In this document: positions 12,847-26,672 of the stretch, one piece after another
Numbering within the stretch: position 1 is the stretch's first letter
How the letters are laid out: each line of letters begins with the position of its first letter
Assembly (NCBI GenBank): GCA_000320545.1
Contig: ADNK01003262.1
Span: 1-49,314 of the forward strand
Direction: 5' to 3'
DNA length: 49,314 nucleotides
DNA from: Bigelowiella natans CCMP2755
Taxonomy: Eukaryota > Protista > Cercozoa
Program-made: the position numbers and the translations under genes
Notes under the pieces: generated by a model
Database searches by the model: none
What the model saw: the letters and a program-made list of their open reading frames with translations, nothing else
What the model was told of the DNA's origin: nothing

Positions 12847-15800
12847 ATGACAGAAATCGTCTTACTCCCTGTTCTTCATGTCCAAATGAATTGCGACGAC
12901 TAATCGCTCTCCAGACTCGACATGACCCTGTAAATTTATACGAGCATCCCGTTAACGTACGTTGCATTTCTCAAAAGAAGACGAAGAGAACGAGGAGAAG
13001 ACTAACATTAAAGACGGAGCCATGGCTAGCACGTGTTTATCCCCATTGATCGCTGATCAATTTTGGAGGTCATGGTCATTTTATACCACTGAGAAGGTAA
13101 AAATAGACAAGAATATATCCCTAAAATATCCTAATAAATCTGCTGCTGCTACTGCTGCTTAGAATTAGAATTGTCGTTCTATCCTTTTCCCCGTACATTT
13201 TCTTTGTTTTTCTTCCTTCGTATTAATTTAGCATGTCGTTCCTTCCTTTTCCCCCTCCATTTTCGATATTTTACTTCCTTGGTATTAAAATTATCATGAG
13301 AGCCCTTCATTGATCATCATCTCACCATCATCATTGGGTAGAGAGAAGTTCGCACGACGTTGGCTAGTAGGGTTACTTAGTTGTTCTTGTTATTAACAAG
13401 GAGGGAAGAAGGAGGAGATATAGAAAAGACTTGTTTAGATCTACAATCCTGAAGGATTTTTTTCAAATTAGGGATCGAGTGCAAATTGATCATCATTCTT
13501 TCGGTTTGGGTTCCGTTGTTAACCACCTTGCTGTAAATCAGCCCGGATAATTCTCTACTTCCTCAGCGATGAATTTTTGCCCGGAGTAATAAAAGTGTTA
13601 CATGTAGAACAACTGTGGTTCTTCTATGATTGGGATCCCTTCTCAGGTGCAGAATGAGAGTCTCTGTGGAGGAAGAGGACAACACGTGTAGTATATGTGC
13701 TCACGATTTTTCCGCGACAACTAGATCCATGCAGGAGGAGGGTAAACAGGTTGTTTCCAAGCAATTTTAATACAAATATAAAATTGAACAGGGCTGCTAT
13801 TCTCACTGAGACATTAACAATTTATCCTCTTCCTTCTGGTTTTTATGCGGTAGCAGCAGCGCCCAAGCAGTACGCAGGAGGAGGAGCATTCTCACACTAC
13901 CGTCGGCAGCAACAATAATCTATTATTCAGATTCCTCCCGATCCAAGGCCTTGGTGGTAAGCACCCATTTGCAGCACAATAAATTAGAAAGTCGACCATC
14001 GATGATCTTGGAATCGATGACATTTAATGTTTTTTTCTTTACTGGACAAAGGAGAGGTAAGAAAGAAGTGGTGGAGGATCATGATCACGAAAATGATATG
14101 ATGAAAGAACATAGTGTTTGTTGAATAAATGCATTGGTCAGTCTGTTAAAACATTGATGCTGCTGCACATCATATAATCGTCACTTGACTCCCTTCACTT
14201 TGTCTGTCTTTTTAATTTGTAATCACCTGTTTTTAGAATTACCAAGCGGAGAAATAATGCAGGTGATGCTAATTAATGAACTAAGTTGAATTTTGGGGTG
14301 AGACGTACTCCTCGTCGTTTTCCTCCACCTTCTCCGCCCCCCCCCATTAATCATTTAGCAGCAACAGCTTCAGAGAGTGTTAGACCACAGCTTGCACGAA
14401 TCCAGTACGTTTGATCATCATTACAACAAATTATCATTTCAGCCTGAGTGAACCGAACATAGATTCATTTCGAGAATCAGGAATCTTCACACTCTTCTCG
14501 TTCGTTCCACTACACGTTCTTATTCGATGTGCTAGCATTCATTATTAACGCTATGATCTCACTTTGCGACAGGACAAAAACCGACATCGAGGACGTTCCT
14601 GAATAATTTGGAGGAGAAAACACTCACTGAAGGTCGAAGAAGGAAAAACATCATTTGCTTACATTAAAATTGTTACTCATCATTTTTCATTATTTTGGTT
14701 GGCTGTCGTATACCTGCACAGCTGATTTTGTCCCTGTAGTTCTACGCTTGAAGGGCCTTCAAGGCGACATTCGCTGCTGCAGGGTAATGTAAATTTGATA
14801 ATAATAATAATAAGTCAAAGGCATTTAATCCTAAACATGTTCGCAATGTAAAGGCGAAATTCGGGCAAGACTTATTTGATCTCACTGCAACCAGAATGAA
14901 CAAGGAAGGAGCAGGAGAAAACAGTCCCTCGAAAGAGAAAGGTTGTTGAAGAAGAACATGATCATGTCGAACAGTAATTTTATATTGCTGATTGACGATG
15001 TTCGAAGACAAACATAATGGTGAGGTGATAATGCTAGTGATAATGCGATGACGACCACCACCTTGTATTTACAAAAACTTTAGAAATCCTTCATCCACTT
15101 GTAGAAATACCAGAAAAAAAAGGAGATGAAGTTAACTTCATAGATGTATATTATTCTTTTAGTCACGGCTCTAGGCTCACAAAGAAAAAGAGTCTTATGT
15201 GACGCCCCAATCATTATCGGGAACCCTTTACATGTAGTATCAGCAATAATAATAGTAGAAAACGTAATCAACACAAAAGATGTGATTATATACTGTGTGC
15301 TCTCATAAGTGGCAATGAAGATGTTGTCACCATTCATCATCATTAAATATTCAAAATATTACAACAGATTGTGCTGAATTTTCTCCAAAAAATGTTATCT
15401 CTCACCATAATAACCAGGGCGAATCAGAATTAGAGAATGTAGCCAATAAATCTAAAAACGCTATATGTGTCTTTCGAAGAGGCAAGGTGATGATTAAATA
15501 CTTGGAATATGATTATACTCACCAGAGAAGAATAGAGTTAAATTAAGCTACATACTTGTTTTTGTTTGTACATTGTCACACCTTTCATAGGTTTCTTTCG
15601 TTCAGAAAGCCAGGAATGCAGAGCAAGCTGGTCAAGCTGATGATGATAATGATGATGACGATGATGATGATGATAATGATCACGATAATGGTTTATGGTG
15701 TTACTTACTGCAAAATGAGCACTAATAATCTATTCATTAATGGGTTGATTAGGGGGGGGCTCTGAGAAGAATTTCCCAACCCCCTTTTAAGCTATTCATC

Positions 15801-16154
15801 ACCTACCGCTTTTGCTACTTTGCCTCGTGTCGTCGCGTCGTGTCAATTGAGAATCCTTGGTCCTTTCCATAAATATGCAGCATTTAAATAACACCATTTC
15901 TTCTTCTTCCTCTCCTTTTTCTTCTCAGGATGTGTTGCTGTCATTGTGGTGCAGAATGAAGGGCAACCTTGGCCGTAATAAATAAACGAACTGTTAGAAA
16001 TTGCTACTTTCCAACGACATTACACAATCATATTATATAAATGTGCATCTATACATCTAAAATAAGATGTTCATAAAATAGAACTGATTTTATAAATTTT
16101 GAGAAACTTTTTAAAATGATGAACTTTCAATATTTAAATGGAAGCCCATTGTAG

Positions 16155-16202
<48 letters not shown>

Positions 16203-17777
16203 AAATTATATAAAATATATTGTGTGTGCTAGATACTTGCAAATTACTGGGTGCATGACATTTGACTAATAACATAGGGTTTCCGGACATGTCCTCCTCC
16301 TCCTCCTCCTCCTCCTCCTCCTCCTTCTCCCCTATTCCTCGTAGGTACCACATGACAGATTCCACCAACTCCATGCCTAAGGGTAGGCTACCACCACTAA
16401 CCCTCCTTCTCCCCCCTCCCCTCCCCTTCCTTATCCCTGTCCTCATCATCATCATCATCTTCTTCTTCGCGTTAAGGACAGACATCCATTATCATCTTAT
16501 CAGTAAAGATTCCCGTGGTGATGATCTCCACCACGGATGGGGCGAAACTAATAGAAAAGGTTAACGCAACAGCTACAGTGGCAAGAATATCTCAACATCA
16601 CAAGAAGGATGGAGATCAGAAAGTTTTAAGGGGGGGGTGGGGAGGCGAAGGAGGCAGTACCTACGAATGTGCCCAAGAAGAGTCTGGGGGGAAGAAGAAG
16701 AAGCAAGGGGAGACTACTCGCATAGGTAGGATGATGACCAAAGCCACAACACTAATCACAACAATAAATTAAGATCCTTATTCTCCTCCTCATCCTCCTC
16801 CACCTCCTCCTCATCCTCCTCGCTATGATTATCATACGTTAGAAGGACGATAATATGCATATACACAGATATATGCATGCACGCAACACTGTTTCAAGTA
16901 TGAAACTGATGGGGGGTCATTGCTAGATCGCTTATATGTTAGCTTTTTTCAATAGAAGCATATAAGGATTAATATGGTCAGGAAATGGGTGCCTGTTCAC
17001 GATAGGAGTACATCTCTCGTGCCCAATTTGCAGGTAGGATGATGAAGGAGAAACAATCAGGAATCTTGTAAGAGCAAGAAGGGGGGGGGGGGGGCGAAGC
17101 TCTTCTTATTGACAGATCAGTTGTAAATCATAGTAAGTGACAATCAGAGCACTATCACAGTTATTGCGGGAGACATTGGTTTCCAGGTCAAAATTGGGAT
17201 GTCAACAGCTGACACATATTGTTGTCGTCGTGTGTCATCAAGCATCATCGCCATTGACACCAATGTTGTTATACGAAATTCAGAGAGGATTTTGAGCTAG
17301 AAAATGAGGGAAAAAATAAGGTAACGATGATTATAATGACGAAGAAGTTATTGCAGCAATAAATTTGTACTACGATGCTATTTTCTGTAAAAAAAACTTT
17401 GGTGATGCTTCAAGTTGGTTCCAAATATAAACTATTACGAAGGCTGTCAGCCTACCCTGTGGACACCTCTTCCATTCATCATGCATTAAACCTTGGCTCA
17501 AGAAGCAAAGGTAAATACATGCATCTACGTCTATGATTGTGTGCGCCTTTGTGTGGCATTGCAGTAATTTGGTAATAAAATTCGTGTTCATTGTAACAAA
17601 ATGAATAGATTGATCTGGAATATTATATTACATCTTTTGCAAACACATCACCAAAATATCTTATTTAGATTTTGCCCGATGTGCCGGTCTGAAATGCCGC
17701 AAGACGACTCCAAAAGTTCAGGCGCCTCAGTAAGAACCCAATATCTAGAAGAAATGCGCAGCGCCATGTATCAGTAA
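12847..17777 (+). CDS. PA (protease-associated) domain + C-terminal RING-H2 E3 ubiquitin ligase, encoded by many micro-exons
   Basis: Manual GT-AG splicing gives a PA domain: GESELENVANKSKNAICVFRRGK (15418-15486) | VSFVQKARNAEQA (15591-15630) | GCVAVIVVQNEGQPWP (15929-15974) | YHMTDS.. | IPVVMISTTDGAKLIEK. It then gives a RING-H2: CPIC (~17020-17033) | REDFELENEGKNK (17285-17320) | AVSLPCGHLFHSSCIKPWLKKQ (17443-17510) | RFCPMCRSEMP...AMYQ* (17669-17777). The start codon and 5' exons (12847-14700) are less certain. Confidence 0.78.
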
Positions 17778-17779
17778 TG

Positions 17780-18530
17780 ATGTACATAGTCAATCTGAAG
17801 TAAATACACTAATTTCTTGCTTTTTCGGACACCTGCTGCAATTGTGTTGCTGAGCTTGAGGCATACTAGCATAGCATGCTCTAGATGCTGCAGCACACCA
17901 ATGATATGCACACGCAATGCAAATTCCAAAAACGCTAGTGTGGACATGCTAGTATATTCCATGCTAGCATGCTCTAGTGCATGCTAGCTAGCTAGCATGG
18001 CTAGAGATGGTGTATAGGTGCGCACAGACCGAGCGATAGTGCAAGCTAGCTAGCTAGCTGGCAAGGCTAGAAGGTCGTCCAGGATGTTGCTCGCTGCCCT
18101 CGTAGCCTCGCTCGCACGCCTAGACGCGTTGGATTACATTCATGCTAGCATGCATAGCACATCTAGACATCTAGACTAGCTAGCTAGGCTAGTATTCAAC
18201 ACACTCACCACGCATCATCTCTGAAGTGGCACAACTTACAGTCTAGCAGTGCTAGCATAGCTAGCTATCTGAAGTGTCGCAGCCGCGCAAATGTAACAGT
18301 GATGATACATGATCTAGATGACATGCGATGACAGCTAGCATGCTAGTATGTCTCAAGATGTTCTAGTGTTCTCTAGTCCTCACAATTAATTTATATTATG
18401 AAGCTACATTGTGCGCAAACATGTACAGATTTACAGCGCCTACGCACGCCTATTCGATACATCTAGACACATCACAGCATCTGTACATCTAGTTCGTGCT
18501 ATTTGTTTCTAGGTTTAAATCACTCGCTGG
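17780..18530. repeat. CTAG-rich, TpA-skewed degenerate repeat island 1 (between convergent PA-RING and CKS1 ends)
   Basis: Dense gctagc/ctag/catg/tgca words and (CTAG)n runs, with no (TA)n microsatellites. Shares ggcaaggctagaagg with island 4. Confidence 0.7.
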
Positions 18531-18732
18531 ACTACATTCATTCATTCATTCAAGTCTTTCGAATTCAAAATAAATTTTGCTTATGATGAATACACATCAA
18601 CAATGAGCAAAGGTTGAATTTACAAATAAAGTACATGCTTATAAAACCAGCTTGCAGCCTGAAACTACAGTTGCATACAGTAAATATTGATTATTGGAAA
18701 TATGATTCTGTCGCAAGTTTATATTGAATGAT

Positions 18733-19074
18733 TTAGGATCTGGATCGCGTATTAGCTGCAGGTGCATTGACGGTGGTAGCCATAGCTGCCGTGACTGTGG
18801 CCGGGGCTGGTATAGCTTCAGCGTCCTGTTGCGGAGGAAGTTTTCTACGGAATAGAAGTACATTCGGTTCTGGTGCGTAAAAACCATAGTGAATCCACCC
18901 CCGACTTTGCTGAAGACCTAAACTTCTCCACTCATGCTCTGCAAGGAGGTGGCGGGGGACTATAGCGGTGAGTTGGGAGGGCAGCACCACATGACGGTAT
19001 TCGTACGTGTCATCTTGGTACTTTGTTGAATATGTGATGTGTTGAATGTGCTGAATTGAAGCCTGCTGGTCCAT
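18733..19074 (-). CDS. CKS1: Cyclin-dependent kinase regulatory subunit CKS1/Suc1
   Basis: ITYSTKYQDDTYEYRHVVLP...LLAEHEWRSLGLQQSRGWIHY...PEPNVLLFRR is the CKS family signature. Likely start MDQQ at 19074, followed by an Ala/Thr-rich C-terminal tail. Confidence 0.93.
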   Translation of the reverse strand: MDQQASIQHIQHITYSTKYQDDTYEYRHVVLPSQLTAIVPRHLLAEHEWRSLGLQQSRGWIHYGFYAPEPNVLLFRRKLPPQQDAEAIPAPATVTAAMATTVNAPAANTRSRS

Positions 19075-19752
19075 TTCACTATGATGATACCCAATCCCTG
19101 TAATTATACATGTATATTCACATAAGCGGAAGCTCATCGAACAAAAAAACTGCAGTAGAAGCTCAAAGTCAGGTTCAGTAGCAGGTATACACAAATTATT
19201 TATACCAAATTGAGAGGCACGCATGTTCTTTTCATAGCTTTCAGTAGATTATGATTTAAGTTTTTTATCTTTCTTCCTTTTCCTACCCCTCCTTACTTTG
19301 TGAGTGTATTTATTGTTCTTGTTATTCTCTGTAAAAAGAGGAAAGACCGTTAGCGGGCCAGCTTCTTTCTTCCAGGTCTTCCTCCTTCTAGTTTCCTTCT
19401 CCGATCTGTTCTGCTTTTCTGGAATTATTTGTTGTCGTTGTCATCTTTTACATCCTAAAAAAGAACCTAAATATGATAAAAGACTCACTCAACTACTTGA
19501 GGATACGCGATCAAAACCATCCTGCGACATAAGATAGTTGATTATTTTGATACATTTTTCACAAGACATACCTCGGGTTACTCCTCTAAAAGCTCGTACC
19601 TTGGGCGGGCGACTGGACGGTCACATGCGTTCAATCGACATTTCCACTTCTGCAACCATTAGGGATGGCACAAGCGTCGAATTTAAAGCAACTATCGTCG
19701 TTCGATTAAGGGGGAGGAATCATTCTGTTGGCTTCCCTTTGTAACTACAAGG

Positions 19753-20663
19753 ATGCCAAGGAGGAGGCGTAATAGTAGCAGCAGGAGCCCATTTAATAAA
19801 AGTAGTAATAAAAGGCGTCCGAGGGAAGACTATGATGACCACCGTGCTCCAACAATGCGGAATCGAAGCACTCGTCTCCATCATCATCGTCACAGCCCCA
19901 AGCACAGCAGCAGCGATCATAGCAGTAGCATTTCTAAGACCAATGAAAACCGCCGAGACCACGGAAGAAGGAGGAGAGAGGAAGCTAGGCTTGGCAGCTA
20001 CGAATCAGAAAGAAGAATAAGAAGAAGAACAACAACAACAAGAAAGTCTACGGTGAATAATACTAATATAAAATCATCGCGGTCTCCGTCAAATTCACAG
20101 AAGCAGCCATTGCCACTTCCACCACTGCCTCCTCTCCCTGTACTCCCTCCCCCCCTTCAATATGCAAGGGATACTACTATGATGACGGCAAAAACAGCCC
20201 CAACTTCTTCTCTCTCTACCAATGATAAATTTATTCGGAAAGTCCAGGAGCAGGCTCAGAGGTTGTGTTTATGTATGTTTGTGGTTATAAGTCATACGTG
20301 TACTCCCCAAGTAACGTCACGGAAAAACTATAGTGCATGCAAAATGTCGATGGTGCATTTTCATGAAGCATCGTACAGCTACTACTGACTGATTGACTGA
20401 TATCACACCACCACCACTATTAGTTTTGACATGTATACACACGCACACACACATATATGCACATATATGTATACACATATATCATGTACCTGATTACCAA
20501 AAGGGAAGCAGAGATAAGAAAGAAAGAAGCGGAGGAACGTAACAAGAAAATCAAGGCAATTATTTTCTTACAACATTAAGCTCTTTTCTTACTCTGCACC
20601 AAACACACACAAACACTCACTCACACGTGCATATGTCTTTATAAATGAACAGGTTAAATACAA

Positions 20664-20715
<52 letters not shown>

Positions 20716-20735
20716 ACACGCACACAAATGTACTT

Positions 20736-20776
<41 letters not shown>

Positions 20777-21368
20777 CTCGTGCCACAATCCCTCATCATG
20801 AACATCACAATTACTTTTAGCCCAGAACAGTGACTGTTTGTACATTTCTAGGAGGAGATCTTGAAGAAAACACGCCAGCTGATGCTGCAGAAACAACGTA
20901 TGCGAAAACAGGAGGAGGAACAAGAGAAGCAGTACAAACAGCAAGAGCATAAGTATCAAGAGAATCTGGCTATCATCGACAGCAGATTAGATGGCAGAAA
21001 AGACACTGCCGCTGCTTCATCTTCAGTCAATACACCAAGCTATCAAAGGATTATAATCGATGATGATAATGATGGAGACGAAATGGCTTATAGAACAATA
21101 ACGTGTGAAGGATTTGTACGTAGTGCTGCACAAGAAGGAAGAAGCAATGCTGATCAGGGGGAGCAAAAGCGAGAAATATGCTGTTCTCCACATAAAGAAG
21201 AAGAAGAAGAAATTAAACTCAAACTCCTAGGAGAAGAAGAAAAAGGAGGAAATCAGAAGAAAAACATAGCGAAGGAGGCAGTAACCAAAGGAGGCTACAA
21301 AGGAAAGGATCGAGAAGTAAGTCTAACTTCTACCATAGAACACAAAGGAAAGGATCGAGGAGGAAATT

Positions 21369-21402
<34 letters not shown>

Positions 21403-21502
21403 AACTACTATAGAAGGAGGAGGAGGGAATAATAATGCACAACATGGAAAGGATGATCGTGATGAAGAGGCAACCATGCAGCACCCTAAGATCGCTGCTT
21501 CG

Positions 21503-21533
<31 letters not shown>

Positions 21534-22240
21534 TGCTGTCAACGCTGCCTAAGATGAGCTTGGAAGAGAAAAACGAGGCTGAGCAGCTGGTCGAGTTCAT
21601 CAGTAACAACGGCCTGGCCTTTGAGGAGACTCTTCTAGCATCAAATCCTAACAAATTCAGATTTTTAAATGATCCAGATCATCCAGCTACGCTCTATTAC
21701 CGCAGATGCCTCCTTGACAACAGAAACCAGCGAAGAAGAAGTGTGAGGATGAGCACACAGTTGGAGGGAGTTAGAAAGGAGGAGGAGGAGGAGGAGGAGG
21801 AGGAGGAGGAGGAGGAGGAGGAGGAGGAGGAGGAGGAGGAGGAGGAGAGAGAAAAGCATTATCGCAACGGAAGTAGTCCAGAATCATTATCACCTCATCC
21901 TCGTCGTGCGGATTTTGAAAATCGTCATCAACAGCAATACCAGCAAAACACAACAATAGAAACAACAACTGCTTCCTCGATGGAGACGAATGAAGGAGAA
22001 GGGAAACAGCAGCAGCAGCAGCTTCTCCATCAACATCAAGCAGCTGCTCCTCCCTCTGCTAAGCCTTCTTCATCACCCTCCTCCTCCACTGTTGTTTCTC
22101 ATGAGGGGGCCAATAACGATAACAACAACAAGAAGTTTCAATACTATTATCCCCCACCCAATAGCCTTCATGATCAGAAAGAAACAGTTTCCCTTCATGG
22201 TATAAAGCCTTTTCCATTATCTCATACGACGACAAAGTTA

Positions 22241-22277
<37 letters not shown>

Positions 22278-22582
22278 ATGAGAAGAAGAAGAAGAAGAAG
22301 AAAAGTTTGGTACCCACTAAACATCCTAAGAGAAAGGAGGACGAGAAAAAGAAAGGTAAATCTGGTTTCTCAGGGAGTAGTAATCTGTCTGATTGCAGGG
22401 AAAAGAACCTATCCTCCTCCTCCTCCTCCTCCTCCTCCTCCTCCTCCTTACCTAACAGTTCCAATCGTAGTCAGAATATAACATCATCAGCAGCAGCAGC
22501 AGAAACAGCATACCCACTTCCTCCTCCTCGACGGACTCTACCATCGTCGCAGCAATATTATCAAAGGGAGAACAACTTTCGC

Positions 22583-22616
<34 letters not shown>

Positions 22617-23070
22617 AACGTTGCCATTGGCTTAAGAGGCCGCCTTATGAAGATGATGATAATTGCATGCAATTCGACGACGACCATGAAACCACATTCT
22701 TAAGAAAACAACACAATGATTCTCACAAAGGCAGCAGCAGCTACCGAAGAAGGCGTCGTCCGTATCATGAATCCCCTGTGGCAGCAGAAGCATTCCCAGA
22801 TATTGGTGGAGGAGGAGGAGGAGGAGGAGGGAGCAGGGAGTGGAGCGCCCCTCGATATCATCCTCGTGATTATAATGGGTATGCAGATCGTACTCCTAGT
22901 CCTCTTCATGATAGTTATCATCATTATGATGATGATGATACTTATCACAGAAAATCACATAATCAACATAATAAGCATGGTGACAAATCAGCGGGTGGGA
23001 TGGGGCGAACACATCCTTTGGGAAGTTACGAAATAGGAGGTATGGTGGATAGTAGGAAGGGAGATGATGT

Positions 23071-23103
<33 letters not shown>

Positions 23104-24163
23104 TTTCAATGGAGGAAATCTCGACAAGAAGAGCAGTAAAAGTAGTGGTAGTAGTAGAAGCAGTAACACAAATAACAATATAAGGAAGAGGAAGGGTCCA
23201 GAAATGATAACGCTGGATGATGATAATGATGATGATAATGATGATGATAATAATATACCACCTCCACTTGAACCGGGTGATGACTCCTCCTCCCCCTCCG
23301 ACATAGAGGTGATCAATCTCACAACTGGGTCACCTAAGGTACGGATGATGCGACCAACTGCTAGTAGCTTGGATGATGAGAAAATCCGCAATCAGATCAG
23401 CAGCCAAGATCTCGATTACTACGACAACAACGACCACGGAGAGGAAGAGAGCACAGCGAAGAGCAAAAGGATGAAGAGGGGAAAGGGAGGGGATATGATA
23501 ACGGCTACATCATCATCAACAACTGGGCCTTCGTTTTCAGTAGTGGTGAGAGAGGGACGGAGGCATGTATTAGGGAACAACAAGAAATGGAGGACAAGCA
23601 GTAACAGAAGTGTCGGTGATAAAAAGAAGAATAGCATTGTTGATACAAGAAGCGCGAAGAAAGGAAGGACATTTATCGGACAGGGCATACGATTTATCGT
23701 TAAGAATAAAACTGATATTAATAATCCTAAGCCCCTCCAGAATGACAGCAAGCAACGAACACCAATTGAAATGCAGCAGACGAAAATTAGCTTCAATGCC
23801 CGCAGTATTTTTGACAACAGCGAGCATTCGGTAAATCTTGACAGCAGCAGCAATGGTTATCCACATCACCCCGACCGCGACATATGCAGCAACTACAGGA
23901 ACAATGGAGAGCGTGGATATGACACTACCTCCAGGTTTCACAATCCAGAGCCTTCTCAGGAGCGAGAATCTGCGCTTAGGCATCGCCGCAATGAACCCCC
24001 GCATTTGCGTGTTGTAAACCGTGGAGATAAAGGCTTTGATATCACCCTCGGAAATAGCCAAAGGAGGAGCCTTGTGCACAGCATCAAGGACAACAATAGG
24101 GATAGTCGTGGCAGCAGGCCTCGTATTCGTGTTATTAGGCCACAAAGACGACGAAGAAGATGA
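19753..24163 (+). CDS. SURP/SWAP-domain low-complexity protein (putative splicing-related factor), about 3 exons
   Basis: EQLVEFISNNGLAFEETLLASNPNKFRFLNDPDHPATLYYR (~21580-21705) matches the SURP motif. Arg/Ser-rich first exon (19753-~20260), small exon ~20503-20538, large last exon ~20852-24163 with poly-E/T/S/Q/K tracts. Confidence 0.65.
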
Positions 24164-24199
24164 TGATTAATGAGATTCTCAGCTTATATTTCAATCGCA

Positions 24200-25800
24200 C
24201 AAGCGCTGTTATGCACACACATATTTCTCAGGATATATGAGTGGATTGGCCACATACTCATCGATCATGCATGCGCTAGCATGTGCGTAAAACATGACGC
24301 GTGCATGGCGCATGCACGCTACTAGACTAGCTAGTGGTGATGAATGCACTTTCACCCGCGTAATAAAACTTGTTGATCGATGTGACCCGTGTTCCTGACA
24401 CAACAATCTGTCATGTCAACAACAAAATTTAGGAGCATGTATTCCTTGGCTAGCTAGCTAGGTGGCGCCGACACTCCTTGCTAGCTTGTGATACATGTGC
24501 TCAATCAGATTTGCAACAATTGCATCGTGCATTGCTACAGATTGACTGTTTTCGCATGTTGCACCACAAGCAGTGTACGCTAGTACGTGTGGATTCGCAT
24601 TGCACATTCGCATGCCAGCATGCTAGCATGTCCATTGTCATGCAAGTCTGTGTGGCTAAATTAGGATGACTGTCTAGCTGTTGAAAAAATTTGGTCGACC
24701 TTCATGAAGACATTTGTTCATGCCAAATGTCACAATGACCACACACCACAGCGTGCATTGCTAGATTGTGCACTAGCTAGTCAGTGCGCTAGAGGCGTTG
24801 TGCACATCTAGACATGTCAGATGCGTCAAGTGTGTGTACATTAATTCATTGTGCACAGTTTGGTTACTGTGCACTACTGTGGTGCCAGCTAGCCAGGTAA
24901 GTGCTAACAATCATCCCCGTGCATGTGGGCCCTCTTCTTGTTCATAGCACGTAGCATCGTAAGCAGTCCTTTTGTTCACACTGCAATGAATGGAGCGTCA
25001 GTCTGACAAAGTGCTCAATGAAGCATGCTATAGCTAGCTCTCCTCATTCTAGTCTTGAGGTGTTATGTCACCCGTCGTTCGCATTGCATGCTAGTATGTC
25101 TGAATGTGTTCAGTGTGTGGTCAATGTAGAGCATGCAGACACAAAAACAAGGTAGCATGTCTAAACATACTAGCTCCATCTATGCATCACGCCGACACGA
25201 GGATGACATGCTTACATTACTAGCTTAGCGTTGCACGCTAGCCACGCTCTAGACGCTAGCACGATGTGCAGGCCATCTACATAGCCAAGCTAGCAAGCAT
25301 ACACACTTTGTAAACAGACCCCAGTCCGACCTCGCAAATCGCTCATTTACTTCACAGGACAATTGGTTTCCATGCTCATTGCACGGGTGAATAGGAGGCT
25401 CATGATAGTGCTGCGAGTGGTTGCTGGCATTGATGATAAATTCGCGAGTCCATGTGCATGATACGATACAAGATAGTACACTCATTTCATGCTAGCATGC
25501 ACCAACCTAGCAACACCCGATAAAGATCATCCGAGATAATTGTTTCATTTATCAATGCAACGTTTTTCAATCGCGAAGATGGCACATGAAAATTATCGCA
25601 TGGGATTTGAAATGTTATCGTGCATGAAGATATTTTCATGCCATGAGACACACATGGCTAAGATCAACGTACGCAAAAATTTCAGGTATCGACTACTAGA
25701 TTTCATCCTCAAATTATTAACATTATCCATATATCACATCGATCTTTTTTGCCCTGAACATGTGGCTCATATCTGATATCTCATTTTCAGTTGGTGCTAA
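24200..25800. repeat. CTAG-rich, TpA-depleted degenerate repeat island 2 (between convergent SURP and SNF2 ends)
   Basis: Most surviving TA dinucleotides lie in CTAG/CTA/TAG. Contains a short copy of the LINE-like 3' end at 24648-24705. Confidence 0.7.
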
Positions 25801-25972
25801 CATGCTTATTCTCCAACTCTTCATAATAATTTCTCGCCATGTTACTCTGTATATTCAACAATTATCTCCATGTTTCCTGAACAACATGAACACGTTTCAA
25901 ACATTTTTAATAATGCCCTTAATTTCTTAAATCTTAGCACGCAAAATCTTATTAACATACCCATTTTAGCCA

Positions 25973-26592
25973 TCACGTTTCATCATCGCTCATTTTGATC
26001 ATAGAGAACACCACATCCGCCAGAACTGATGATGAGGTTGCATTCCCTGTAGTACCATCACTCACTTCCTGTAAAATAACAAATAATTCGCAGCAGCAGC
26101 AGCAGCAGCAGTACAAAGTTAATAATACGTACCAACATGCTTTTATTGATTCATTTGACAATATTTGCACAATTTTGTAAATAATTGCAGAGTGACAATG
26201 ATGAAGAACAGCCAGTCAATGCAATCAAGAAGAAAACCTTGGACGACGTTGATATGTTCATGATAAGGCACTACCTTTAACTGGCGACGTTTCCTATTAA
26301 TCGCCTTAGCAATCTCCTCATCCACAGTATTTTGTACCTGTTGTATCGATGAGAAGAATAAATAAAACTACAACAATAATTTTACTACTACTACTACTAC
26401 TACTACTACTGCTGCTGCTTACTACCATAGGAACCCACAGAGTTACGGGTAGTGTTTGACCTCCACGATGAGATCTAGAAGCAGCTTGATCCATTATCGC
26501 TGGTGACCAATCTTGCTCAAAGAATAATATGTTGGAAGCTGCGGTCAACTCAACACCGACCGATGCGCCTCTAACGACGACCAGAGGTTATG

Positions 26593-26623
<31 letters not shown>

Positions 26624-26633
26624 GGACGAAGAA

Positions 26634-26672
<39 letters not shown>

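Noticed and set aside
19075-19224. N-terminal extension of CKS1 in the ORF track
   Set aside because: Not CKS-like, and it contains an acceptor-like ttacag just upstream of MDQQ. It is probably intron or 5' UTR, and upstream spliced leader exons are possible but unproven.
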